Below, piece after piece: positions 1 through 9,019 of a stretch of 64,000 nt of DNA. The notes beneath the pieces were generated by a model, which saw only the letters and a program-made list of their open reading frames with translations, was not told the DNA's origin and made no database searches. Location of the stretch: the NCBI GenBank assembly GCA_963695225.1, contig OY968762.1, positions 928,001 to 992,000 on the forward strand, in the 5' to 3' direction. Numbering within the stretch: position 1 is the first letter of the stretch; each line of letters opens with the position of its first letter. The stretch is from Vulcanimicrobiota bacterium. GTDB lineage: Bacteria > Vulcanimicrobiota > Vulcanimicrobiia > Vulcanimicrobiales > Vulcanimicrobiaceae. Both the position numbers and the translations under genes were made by a program.

Positions 1-1313
1 GGATACGGGAGCGCGTCGAGCCGCGCGCGCAGCGCATCGGATTGCGCGGGCGGCGCGGCGGCGCTCCGCGGCGCGATTTCGTAGGGCCGGTCGTAGCGGA
101 TTCCGGCCGTCAGGAACTCGAGCGGGACGCGCAGCACCTCCTCGCCGCCGTAACGCAGCACGTAATCCCGCTCCTGCGTCACGGTGCCGATGACGGCCGC
201 GCGCGCACCGCGCGCGATCTGCGGAAGCGAGAACTCCTCGTTGTAGATCGCGAGCAGCACGGGCGTGAACTCCGGCGGGACGATCCAGGCGAGCCGCTCC
301 TGCGTCTCGCCGACCGCGATCACCGCGGGCGGGAGATGCGCTTGCGAGGTCGGGCAGCGTTCGAGATCGACGATCGCGCCGAAGCCGCCGCTTCCGACCA
401 GCTCCGAGGTGCAGCCGGCGATCCCGCCCGCACCGAGATCCTTGTACCCCACGGTCAGCCCGCGCGCCCGGATCTCTTCGAAGACGCGGTAGCTCGCGCG
501 CATGATCACGTTCTTGAGGAACGGGTCCGGTACTTGGACCGCACCCTTATTCGCTTCCGCATCCTCGTCGTCGAGGACGAGCGAGGAGAACGCGGCGCCG
601 CCGAAGCCGCTGCGATCCGTGGCCTTTCCGACGAGGACGACGTCCCAACCGGCGGAGCCCGCGGGGGCCGCCGAGTGGATGACGTCGCGCTCTTTCACGA
701 GCCCGAGCGCGACGACGTTCACGAGGCAATTGTCGCGGAAGCCTTCGTGGAAGTAGACGTCGCCGCCGACGTTCGGCACGCCGATCGCGTTCCCGTAGGC
801 CGCGATCCCGTCGACCACGCCCTGTGCGACGTACCTGCAATGCGGATCGTCGAGCGGGCCGAAACGCAACGGATCGGCGACGGCGATCACCTCCGCGCCC
901 ATGCACAACACGTCGCGGACGATCCCGCCGATCCCGGTCGCCGCGCCTTCGAACGGCACGACTTGCGAGGGGTGGTTGTGCGATTCGTGCGCGAAGACGA
1001 TGCCGTAACGCTCGCCGTCCCATTCGCCGAGATGGACGATCCCCGCATCTTCCTGCGGGCCTTGCATCACGGTGGGGCCCGTCGTCGGCAAGCGTTTGAG
1101 GAAATGCCGCGAGCTCTTATAGGAGCAATGCTCGCTCCAGGCCGCATCGAAGACGTGCGCCTCGACGACCGTCGGGTCGCGCCCGAGGCCTTCGGCGATC
1201 TTCCGCAATTCGGCGGTTTTGAGCGCGAGCCCGAAATGCCGCGCCTGCCGGGCTAGCTCCGCATCGTCCGCGCCGGCGACGCGGATGCGTTCGACGATCG
1301 ACTGCTCAGGCAA
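1..1313 (-). CDS. purL: Phosphoribosylformylglycinamidine synthase subunit PurL (runs off the window start)
   Basis: Not in the ORF track; translated by hand: WSEHCSYKSS, EDAGIV, HESHNHPSQVVPFEGAATGIGGIVRDV motifs; probable TTG start overlapping the purC stop. Confidence 0.95.
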   Translation of the reverse strand, partial: MPEQSIVERIRVAGADDAELARQARHFGLALKTAELRKIAEGLGRDPTVVEAHVFDAAWSEHCSYKSSRHFLKRLPTTGPTVMQGPQEDAGIVHLGEWDGERYGIVFAHESHNHPSQVVPFEGAATGIGGIVRDVLCMGAEVIAVADPLRFGPLDDPHCRYVAQGVVDGIAAYGNAIGVPNVGGDVYFHEGFRDNCLVNVVALGLVKERDVIHSAAPAGSAGWDVVLVGKATDRSGFGGAAFSSLVLDDEDAEANKGAVQVPDPFLKNVIMRASYRVFEEIRARGLTVGYKDLGAGGIAGCTSELVGSGGFGAIVDLERCPTSQAHLPPAVIAVGETQERLAWIVPPEFTPVLLAIYNEEFSLPQIARGARAAVIGTVTQERDYVLRYGGEEVLRVPLEFLTAGIRYDRPYEIAPRSAAAPPAQSDALRARLDALPY

Positions 1314-2508
1314 GGGTGCCGCCCGGGGCGGGCGGGGCCGCGCTGACGTGCGCGTCGGCCGCGGCGACGGCGGAACGCTCGTTCGCCTGCATCAAGAGGA
1401 CGCGCCCGAACATGATCGTATCGTCGAACCCGAATTCCTTCGCGCACGCGAGCGCCGTGATCTCGGGCGGTTTCTCCGTGCCGTCGATGACGGGCGTGCT
1501 CGTCGCGTGATCGATGAACGCGTGCAGCGCTCCGCCCGCCGCACCGACCGTCACGTAGACGAGGCGCGCGAACGTCGCGTCCAGTTGCTGCACGATCGTC
1601 GAAGCGTGGTTGGGGAGCAGAATCGGGGAGACGATCCGGCGCAGCGTCGGAATCCCGTAGCGTCCGAGCGCCTGCGCGATGCCGTCCGCCGCCTTGAGCC
1701 GTTCGTTCCCTTCGACGAGCAGCGCGACGGTTGCCGGACGCGATGCCGGGAAGCTCGAGACTTGCTCCGCGACGCGTTCGTACGCCGCCTTGACGCGCTC
1801 GAGATCGGCGGGCGTCACCTCGGCGAGGTTGCGGTAGATCTGCTTGTCGAGCATCAGCTCTTCGCGGCCCTGCGGCCAGATGCGCCATGAATCGTTGTCG
1901 ATCACGTCGGCGATGACGAGATTCCCCCGCCCCTCGCCGCTCGCAATCCGCCCGAACTCGATCTTGAGATCGACGAGCAGCGTCTCGCGCCGCCGCCACG
2001 CGTGCGCGAGGATCTCGAAGACGATGCGCGCGATCTCGCTCATCGCCCCGATCTCCGCCGGAGAGGCGATCTGCCGCTGCACGATCTCCTCGGGCTCGAT
2101 CAGCGGATCGTGATTCGCGTCGTCCTTCAGGAAGAACTCGACCATCCGCGGGACGATGATCGAGCCGCGCGCGATGCCGGGCTTGCGCCGCACGAGCGAG
2201 CCGGCGGCGACGCCGCGGACGACGACCTCGAGCGGGATCATCGTGCAGCGGCGCACGAGCGTCTCGTTCTCGTCGTCGTCTTCGCCCCCGCTGAGGTAAT
2301 GCGTCGGGAGCCCGCACAGGTTCAGCAGGCGGAAGACGCGCGCCGCCGTCTTCGCGGCGATCCTGCCCTTATCGGGGATCACGTTGCGGCGCGCCCCGTC
2401 GCCGGCGGTGATGCCGTCGGTCTGTTGCACGACGAGCACGTCGGGCTGCCCCGCGTGTTCGAACAGGATCTTCGTCTTGCCGCGCGCGACTTCGTGGCCT
2501 TTGTTCAC
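1306..2508 (-). CDS. purC: SAICAR synthetase with a C-terminal degenerate PurE-like domain (PAICS-like architecture)
   Basis: GKTK, IPLEVVVR, LVDLKIEFG and ADVIDNDSWRIW motifs; about 140 extra C-terminal residues; lies in the pur operon. Confidence 0.92.
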   Translation of the reverse strand: MNKGHEVARGKTKILFEHAGQPDVLVVQQTDGITAGDGARRNVIPDKGRIAAKTAARVFRLLNLCGLPTHYLSGGEDDDENETLVRRCTMIPLEVVVRGVAAGSLVRRKPGIARGSIIVPRMVEFFLKDDANHDPLIEPEEIVQRQIASPAEIGAMSEIARIVFEILAHAWRRRETLLVDLKIEFGRIASGEGRGNLVIADVIDNDSWRIWPQGREELMLDKQIYRNLAEVTPADLERVKAAYERVAEQVSSFPASRPATVALLVEGNERLKAADGIAQALGRYGIPTLRRIVSPILLPNHASTIVQQLDATFARLVYVTVGAAGGALHAFIDHATSTPVIDGTEKPPEITALACAKEFGFDDTIMFGRVLLMQANERSAVAAADAHVSAAPPAPGGTLA

Positions 2509-3932
2509 TCGGGGACTCCTGCGATCTGCTGCGGTTGGGGGAACGGGTGCAGCTCCGCGATCCGCGCGACGATCGAGAGCGCGCGCAGCGGTGCGTCCCC
2601 GACGTACTGCGACGGATCGAGCAAGAGCCTGATCTCCGCCGGATCGACGAACTGCGTGAGCCGGGTGTCGTCGGCGAGGATCGTCGCGAGCGGGTTGTCG
2701 CCGCCGCGGGCGAGCACGTCGTGCGCGTGCATCGCGGCGTCGCGAATCGTCTCGTGCAACTCCTGGCGATCCCCGCCGGCCTTCACCGCCTCCATCATCA
2801 CGGTCTCGCTGCCCGCAAAGGGGCCGTACATGCGCAGGTTCTGCGCGATGCGGCGCTCGTCGAGGCGCAAGCCTTCGACGACCTTTCGCGCGAGCGTGAC
2901 GAGCTCGTCGGCGCAGAGGATCGCCTCGGGGAGGATCGTGCGGCGATTCGCGCTATCGTCGAGCGTCCGTTCGAGGAAGTTCGTCGCGGCGTTCTGCCAT
3001 GCGGCGTCGGCGTAGCCGGGGAGCAGCCGCGCGAGCGAACCAATCCGCTCGCTCATGATCGGATTCCGTTTGAACGGCATCGCGGAACTGCCGACTTGCT
3101 TCTTCCCAAACGGTTCGAACATCTCGCCGAAACCGGGCGCCGAGAGGACGCGCACGTCGGCTGCGAACTTCGAGAGCGAGGCTCCGAGCCCGGCGAGCGC
3201 GGAGAGCAACAGATAATCGAGCTTGCGCGGGTAGGTCTGCGTGCTGACGTCGCGCGCGCTCAGTCCGAACGCGTCCAGCACTTCTTCTTCCTGCACCTGC
3301 GGCGTGCGGCCGGTGCCGTGCAGCAAGTGCGCGTACGAAGCCGAGGTGCCGACGGCGCCGCGAATCCCCTTCGTCGTGAGCGCGGCGTAAGCGGCACGCA
3401 GTTGCGCCTCGTCGATCAGCAGATCCTGCGCGTAGACCGCGAGGCGATAGCCGACCGTCGTCGGTTCGGCGGGCTGCAGGTGCGTGTGCGCCATGCAGAC
3501 GCGGTCCGCGTTCTCGCCGATGCGCGAGGCGAACGCCCGGAGCAGCGCGTGCAGGTTCTCGCCTACGGCGGCGAGCCCGCGGCGCAAGCGATACGTCTCG
3601 ACCGTATCCTCGATGTCCATCGAGGTCGCGCCGAGGTGCAGCTTGCCGCCGCCGACCTTCGCCTGGGATGCGAAAACCCGAATCTCCGCCATGAGATCGT
3701 GCCCGATCTCGCGCTCGATCGCCAGCGCCGCGTCGATGTCGACGTCGTCGACGTGCGCGCGCAGATCGTCCAGCTCGGCCCGCGTGACGAGCCCGCTACG
3801 AAACTGGGAGGCTGCCAGCGCCACCCAAACTCGGCGCCAAAGACGGCGACGCTCGTGCTCGGAGAACAGCCGGCGCAACTCTTCGCGCCCATATCTCCAC
3901 GAGAACGGCGAGGCATAGGATTGGTGAGACAT
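2505..3932 (-). CDS. purB: Adenylosuccinate lyase
   Basis: HLGATS, THLQPA, GSSAMPFKRNP and ERTLDDSANRR motifs; ATG at 3932 preferred over the upstream start. Confidence 0.95.
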   Translation of the reverse strand: MSHQSYASPFSWRYGREELRRLFSEHERRRLWRRVWVALAASQFRSGLVTRAELDDLRAHVDDVDIDAALAIEREIGHDLMAEIRVFASQAKVGGGKLHLGATSMDIEDTVETYRLRRGLAAVGENLHALLRAFASRIGENADRVCMAHTHLQPAEPTTVGYRLAVYAQDLLIDEAQLRAAYAALTTKGIRGAVGTSASYAHLLHGTGRTPQVQEEEVLDAFGLSARDVSTQTYPRKLDYLLLSALAGLGASLSKFAADVRVLSAPGFGEMFEPFGKKQVGSSAMPFKRNPIMSERIGSLARLLPGYADAAWQNAATNFLERTLDDSANRRTILPEAILCADELVTLARKVVEGLRLDERRIAQNLRMYGPFAGSETVMMEAVKAGGDRQELHETIRDAAMHAHDVLARGGDNPLATILADDTRLTQFVDPAEIRLLLDPSQYVGDAPLRALSIVARIAELHPFPQPQQIAGVPE

Positions 3933-4015
3933 CGTGACGAGGCTCCGTTCGCGGTGCATTTGAGAACGCCCCGCACCCCCGCCAGCAGAGCGGAAGGACC
4001 GAGGCCTCGTTGCCT

Positions 4016-5008
4016 CTACTCCTCGGCCGATCCTCCCGCGGCGCGCTTTGGGAGCGCGAGCGCCGTGATCGACTCGACGACCTGGCGCGGATCCTCCGCG
4101 CGCCCCGTCACGATCGCTTCGAAGCCGCGGACGGCGCGCTCGAAACCGGCCCGGGCGCGTTTCGCACCCAGGCGCCGGGCGATCGGACGCAACGTACGCT
4201 CGCGCCAGCGCAGGCGGGCCGGAAGCTCGCCGCCGGGCCGTGCCAGCTCCCAGAGCGCCTGGTATTCGACGGCCAGCGCGGAGAGCAGCGGTATCCCCGC
4301 CCCGCGATCGCTCGCGAACAGCTCGTATGCGATCGCGAGCGCGTCCGAGGCGCGCCCTTCGACGAGCGCGCTCGCGAACTGATACGCTTTCGCATCGGTC
4401 GTGACGAGGCTCTCGCGGAGCAGATCGTCGAGCGTGATCCGCTTCCCGCCGATCGCGAGCTTCTCGAGGTCGGTCCGCACCGCCGCAAGGTCCGCGTCGC
4501 CGCGCGCGAGCGTTGCGACGACCGCGGGCTCCGCGCTCGCGCCGAGCGCGGCGAGCACTTCGCGGACGAAGGCGGCGCGCACGTCCTCGTTCGCGCTCGT
4601 ATCGATGCGCAGGGCGGCGCGCCCCGCGAGCTGCCCGAACGTCTCGGGCTTCGTCTTTTTCGTGGGCGGCTGCAGATCTTCGATCGCGAGCACGTTTCCC
4701 TCCGGGACGCGTTGCGCGATCTCCCAGAGCGTGCGCCGCTCGGCGACGCGCAGATCGTGCGCGCCGCGCACGATGACGACTCGCGTGCTCGCGAGGAACG
4801 GAAACGACGAGATGGCGGCTTCGATGCGCCCGAGCGCTTCCGGTCCATTCGCGTCGATGCGTTCGAGATTGAGCGCGCGTTCGTCGGGTGCGAGCAGGCG
4901 TTCCTCGAGGACGGCGAGCGCTCGATCGGCCAAGAGACGCTCCGTCCCCTCGACGATGACGAGCTTCGGGATCGCCGGCTGCGCCGCGACGAAATCGTAA
5001 TACTTCAG
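4016..5008 (-). CDS. holA: DNA polymerase III delta subunit
   Basis: PFLASTRVVIV and DLEKLA motifs; frame is open upstream of 4933 (LVIVEGTERLL) to a CTG overlapping the mtnA stop; start uncertain. Confidence 0.8.
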   Translation of the reverse strand: MKYYDFVAAQPAIPKLVIVEGTERLLADRALAVLEERLLAPDERALNLERIDANGPEALGRIEAAISSFPFLASTRVVIVRGAHDLRVAERRTLWEIAQRVPEGNVLAIEDLQPPTKKTKPETFGQLAGRAALRIDTSANEDVRAAFVREVLAALGASAEPAVVATLARGDADLAAVRTDLEKLAIGGKRITLDDLLRESLVTTDAKAYQFASALVEGRASDALAIAYELFASDRGAGIPLLSALAVEYQALWELARPGGELPARLRWRERTLRPIARRLGAKRARAGFERAVRGFEAIVTGRAEDPRQVVESITALALPKRAAGGSAEE

Positions 5009-6042
5009 CGGACGCCCTCGAGCCCGGCGCCGAACGCCGTGCGCGTTTCGAGTTCCGGCAGCGAGACTTCGTAGGGCGCGCGCGCGACGCCGTACTCCGT
5101 GATGATCCCGGCGATCAGGCGCCCCGGCGTAACGTCGAAGGCGGGGTTGTACGCATCGGACCCCGGCGGCGCCGTCGGCGTTCCCCCGAACGCGCGGACT
5201 TCGTCCGCGGCGCGCTCTTCGATCACGATCCCCTCGCCGCCGCTCAAGGAGAAGTCGATCGTCGAACGCGGCGCCGCGACGTAGAACGGGATCCCGTGGA
5301 ACGCGGCGGCGATGGCGACGCCGTACGTGCCGATCTTGTTCGCCGTATCGCCGTTCCGCGCGATACGGTCGGCGCCGACGATCGCGCAGACGATGTTCTT
5401 GCGCTGCATCGCGATGGCGGCCGCCCCGTCGACGAGCAGCGTCGCGGGAATCCCCGCCTCGGCCAGCTCGACCATCGTCAGGCGCGAGCCCTGCAGCAGC
5501 GGACGCGTCTCGTCCGCGTAGACGTGCAGGCGCTTTCCCGCGCGATGCGCCGCGATGATGACGCCGAGCGCCGTCCCGCCGCCCGCGGTCGCGAGCGGCC
5601 CCGTGTTGCAGTGCGTGAGGATGCCGCCGGATTGCGGGATCACGGCAGCGCCGTGCTCGCCGATCGCCCGGTCGACGGCCCGCTGCTCCTCGTGAATCGC
5701 GAGCGCTTCCTCCTTATGACGGCCTGCCGGCGCGGCGAGGACGCGGTCGACGGCCCAGGCCAGGTTCACCGCCGTCGGACGCGCTTCGCGGATGCGCAGC
5801 GCCGCCGCGCGGAACGCCTCCTGATCGGGATAGAGGTCGCGCGCGAGCGCCACCCCGTACGCGCCGAAGACGCCGATGCACGGCGCGCCGCGGACCGCGA
5901 GCGTGCGGATCGCCTCGACGACCTCGTCGACGCTCGCGGCCCGCGCGACGACGCGCTCGAGCGGGAGGCGCCGCTGGTCGACGTACAGGATCGCATCGCC
6001 GTCGTACGCGACGGCCTCGAAATCATGCCCGGATGGCTGCAT
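5005..6042 (-). CDS. mtnA: S-methyl-5-thioribose-1-phosphate isomerase
   Basis: VRGAP, RPTAVNL, THCNTGPLAT, ETRPLLQG, NKIGT and NPAFDVTP motifs. Confidence 0.95.
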   Translation of the reverse strand: MQPSGHDFEAVAYDGDAILYVDQRRLPLERVVARAASVDEVVEAIRTLAVRGAPCIGVFGAYGVALARDLYPDQEAFRAAALRIREARPTAVNLAWAVDRVLAAPAGRHKEEALAIHEEQRAVDRAIGEHGAAVIPQSGGILTHCNTGPLATAGGGTALGVIIAAHRAGKRLHVYADETRPLLQGSRLTMVELAEAGIPATLLVDGAAAIAMQRKNIVCAIVGADRIARNGDTANKIGTYGVAIAAAFHGIPFYVAAPRSTIDFSLSGGEGIVIEERAADEVRAFGGTPTAPPGSDAYNPAFDVTPGRLIAGIITEYGVARAPYEVSLPELETRTAFGAGLEGVR

Positions 6043-6121
6043 GCCGGGCGCTTCGCGGCCGGAAATGGGCAACCCGCTCCGGCGGTGAACCGGATTCCGT
6101 CCGCCTCCCCGGGAGATTATC

Positions 6122-7453
6122 ATGCAGGCCGCTACAACCGACCTCCACGCGCTGCACCGCCGCCACGTCTTCACGCCGTGGTCCGTGCAAGGGAAGCTCG
6201 ACCCGCCCGCGATCGAACGCGGGGAAGGCGTCTTCCTCTACGACGATGCCGGGAAACGGTATCTCGATCTCTCGTCGGGGCTGGTCTGCGTCAACCTCGG
6301 GCACGGCAACCGCACGGTTGCCGACGCGATCGCGGAGCAAGCGCGCCGCCTGTGCTTCGCGGCGCCGAGCTTCTTCAACAACGCGCGGGCCGAGCTCGCG
6401 GCCGCGCTTTCGGAGCTCTCGCCCTGGAGCGAGGGCTGCCGCGCGTTCTTCACGACCGGGGGCGCCGAGGCGAACGAGGACGCGATCAAGGTCGCGCGGA
6501 CGCTGACGGGGCGCCCGAAGATCCTGACCGCGTACCGCTCCTTCCACGGTTCCGGCGCCGGCGCGAGCACGCTGACCGGCGAGAACCGGCGCTGGTATGC
6601 GGAGCCCGGAATCCCGAACGTCGTGCACTTCATCGGGCCGAACCCCTACCGCAGCCCGTTCCACGCCCAGGACCCGGCCGAGGAGGCGCGTCGCGCGCTC
6701 GAGCACCTCGAATTCATCCTGAACTACGAGAACCCGCAGAAGGTCGCCGCGATCCTGATCGAAACGGTCGTCGGCTCGAACGGCGTCATCGTCGCGCCGC
6801 CGGGTTACCTCGCGGGCGTTCGCGCGCTCTGCGATACACACGGGATCCTGCTGATCATGGACGAGGTCATGACCGGCTTCGGGCGCATCGGCGCGCCGTT
6901 CGGCTGCCTGCGCTTCGACGTCGTGCCGGATATGATCACGTTCGCGAAGGGCGTGACCTCGGCGTACGTTCCGCTCGGCGGCCTGCTGCTGCGCGAATCG
7001 CTCGCCTCGCGGTACGATACCGAAGTCTTCGGCGGCGGCCACACGTATTCGGGGCATCCGCTCGCCGTTGCGGCGGGCCGCGCGGCGCTCCGCGCCTACG
7101 CGGACGGCGCTCTGTTCGAGCGAGCGCGCGAAATCGAAACCTGGCTGCGCGCGGGTTTGGAAGAGATCGCGGCGCGCTCGAGCACGCTCGGCGACGTGCG
7201 CGGCATCGGCGCGTTCTTCGCGCTGGAGTTCGTCCGCGACAAGAAGACGCGCGAACCGCTCGTCCCTTGGCAGGGCGCCGGGATGGGCCCGCTCGCCGCG
7301 TTCTACGCGAACCTGCTGCGGCGCGGCGTCTACGCCTTCGGCCGCTACAACGTGACCGTGATCTCGCCGCCGCTGACGATCGAGCGCGAGGAACTCGCGC
7401 TCGCGTTCGAAGCGCTCTCGGAGTCCGTCGCAGAACTCGAACGGGGCCTCTAG
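6122..7453 (+). CDS. Class-III PLP-dependent aminotransferase
   Basis: GAEANE, SFHG, DEVMTGFGR, PDMITFAKG and GHTYSGHP motifs. Confidence 0.9.
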   Translation: MQAATTDLHALHRRHVFTPWSVQGKLDPPAIERGEGVFLYDDAGKRYLDLSSGLVCVNLGHGNRTVADAIAEQARRLCFAAPSFFNNARAELAAALSELSPWSEGCRAFFTTGGAEANEDAIKVARTLTGRPKILTAYRSFHGSGAGASTLTGENRRWYAEPGIPNVVHFIGPNPYRSPFHAQDPAEEARRALEHLEFILNYENPQKVAAILIETVVGSNGVIVAPPGYLAGVRALCDTHGILLIMDEVMTGFGRIGAPFGCLRFDVVPDMITFAKGVTSAYVPLGGLLLRESLASRYDTEVFGGGHTYSGHPLAVAAGRAALRAYADGALFERAREIETWLRAGLEEIAARSSTLGDVRGIGAFFALEFVRDKKTREPLVPWQGAGMGPLAAFYANLLRRGVYAFGRYNVTVISPPLTIEREELALAFEALSESVAELERGL

Positions 7454-7475
7454 CGCCGCGGCCCCGGCTCCGTCC

Positions 7476-8240
7476 TCAGCCCTTCAGTTCCTCGGCGTCG
7501 CGCGCGGCGTCCGGGGGTTCCCCGCCCGGCAGCCCGGCCTGCCGGAGGAGCCTCCGAAGTTCTCGGATTCCCGCTTCCCGGCCGGCCGGTACGCGGACGG
7601 TCGAAAGCCCTTCGATGCCCGCGACGAACGAGTCCGGGGAGCCCGGCGCCGGCGCGTAGAGCGCATTCGTCACGTCCGCAAACGCGAGCCTAGCGTCCGT
7701 CACGTCCGCGCCGAGCAGGTTCGCATCGCTCAAGTCCGCCACGCGCAGATCCGTCTCGCGCAGATTCGCGTCGTGCAAATCGGCGGCGCTCAGGTTCGCG
7801 CCGAGCAAGTTTGCGCGCCGCAGATTCGCACCGCCGAAGATCGCTCCACGCAGGTCGGCGTCGCGCAGGTCCGCGTCGCAGAGCACCGCCTCCCCGAAAT
7901 CCGCGTTGCTGCAGAGCGACTCGCGGAGGTCCGCACCGCTCAGGTTCGCACCGCGCAGATCGGCTTCGAGCAAGATCGCACCGCGCAGATCTGCGCCGGT
8001 AAGGTCCGCGCCGAGCAGGTCGGCACGCTGCAGGTTCGCGGAGCGGAGATCGGCGCCGCGCAGAAACGCGCCGCTCAAATCCGCATCGCCGAGGTTCGCC
8101 TGCCCCGCTCCGCTCCGATGCACGAGCCAAGCGCTATTCCGCTCGACGATCTCCTGGAGCTCGCGAGCCGCAGGCTTCCACTTCAGGCTCATGTCGACCC
8201 AAGCAAAACGATGCAATGCCCTACCAGGTAGAGTATTCAT
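7476..8240 (-). CDS. Pentapeptide repeat protein
   Basis: Long tandem run of A(D/N)Lxx pentapeptides; start uncertain (8192 or 8240). Confidence 0.85.
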   Translation of the reverse strand: MNTLPGRALHRFAWVDMSLKWKPAARELQEIVERNSAWLVHRSGAGQANLGDADLSGAFLRGADLRSANLQRADLLGADLTGADLRGAILLEADLRGANLSGADLRESLCSNADFGEAVLCDADLRDADLRGAIFGGANLRRANLLGANLSAADLHDANLRETDLRVADLSDANLLGADVTDARLAFADVTNALYAPAPGSPDSFVAGIEGLSTVRVPAGREAGIRELRRLLRQAGLPGGEPPDAARDAEELKG

Positions 8241-8459
8241 CGAGCGCTGCCCCCTCCGCTCGCCACGGCAAGCTCCCGCAAACGGCGTTTAGCGACGTCT
8301 ACGGGGATTATATCCCCGCGCCGGGACCGATGCTACGAGAAAAGGCGGCCCCGACACGGCGCATTCCTCGAAGAAGTGGGCACTTAAGAGTGCGTCGGCT
8401 CCGGAGAGGCTGGCCGGACCCCAGCCTCACGGAGCCGGCCACCGCTAGACGAGCAGCCA

Positions 8460-8740
8460 TTCCGACACGGCTTCAAGGCGCAGGAGGCCAATCGCGGAAC
8501 TTTCGTGTGCATTTTAGTACACGACGCAGCACCATTGCCTGCCTAGTCGCGGCGGCGTCTTCGAAGAACTCTGCGTTGGTGAGAGCTCGTGTGGCGCCTG
8601 CTGGGAATCAGAGCGGCGAGCATCGACCGCCTGCTGCGCCAACGGCGCAGCCCATGTCACCGAGAAACGCCGACGCAGTTGCGGAATCGGCGTCGCCATC
8701 CGTCGCACCGTCCCGATCCGCACCTTCAGCTACTGCCGGC
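8460..8740 (+). pseudogene. Degraded transposase/integrase fragment (ISNCY-like)
   Basis: LLGIRAASIDRLLR (about 8598-8640) and, in a different frame, AIRRTVPIRTF (about 8695-8727) resemble the SAATIDRLL...IPxRTF segment of ISNCY transposases. Confidence 0.55.
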
Positions 8741-9019
8741 AAGGGTAGGCGTCGCTGCCACCCCAACCCCGGATCGGGCCCCCTAGTTCGGCTCTGCTGG
8801 CGCTAACACTTAGTGTAAAGCGAATACGAAATACCGGCAGGGCGTCTTCGCTAGCGTCGGCCTACTCATACGAGTAGTGCACGGCGCAGTTTCCCTGCAA
8901 GCGGGAACTGAGCAAATAGGTTGCATCTGGGGCGGCGATTCTTGGAACTTCGTCACTTCAGGCGATCTGGTCTTGGGTTACACGACCACGCCCTTATTGT
9001 GTTCTGCACTGGAGGACTC

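Noticed and set aside
42..1256. Long antisense or alternate-frame ORFs (e.g. 42-1256, 2535-4382, 23723-26002, 33171-35858, 44036-46255, 55027-56970)
   Set aside because: Arg-rich shadow ORFs of real genes, expected in high-GC DNA
3933..4015. ZTP riboswitch before purB
   Set aside because: A CTGGCG...GGTG/CACC resemblance exists but the downstream CGCCTGGG hairpin is absent
7476..8240. Qnr/MfpA quinolone-resistance gene
   Set aside because: Generic pentapeptide repeats with no recognisable Qnr-specific features
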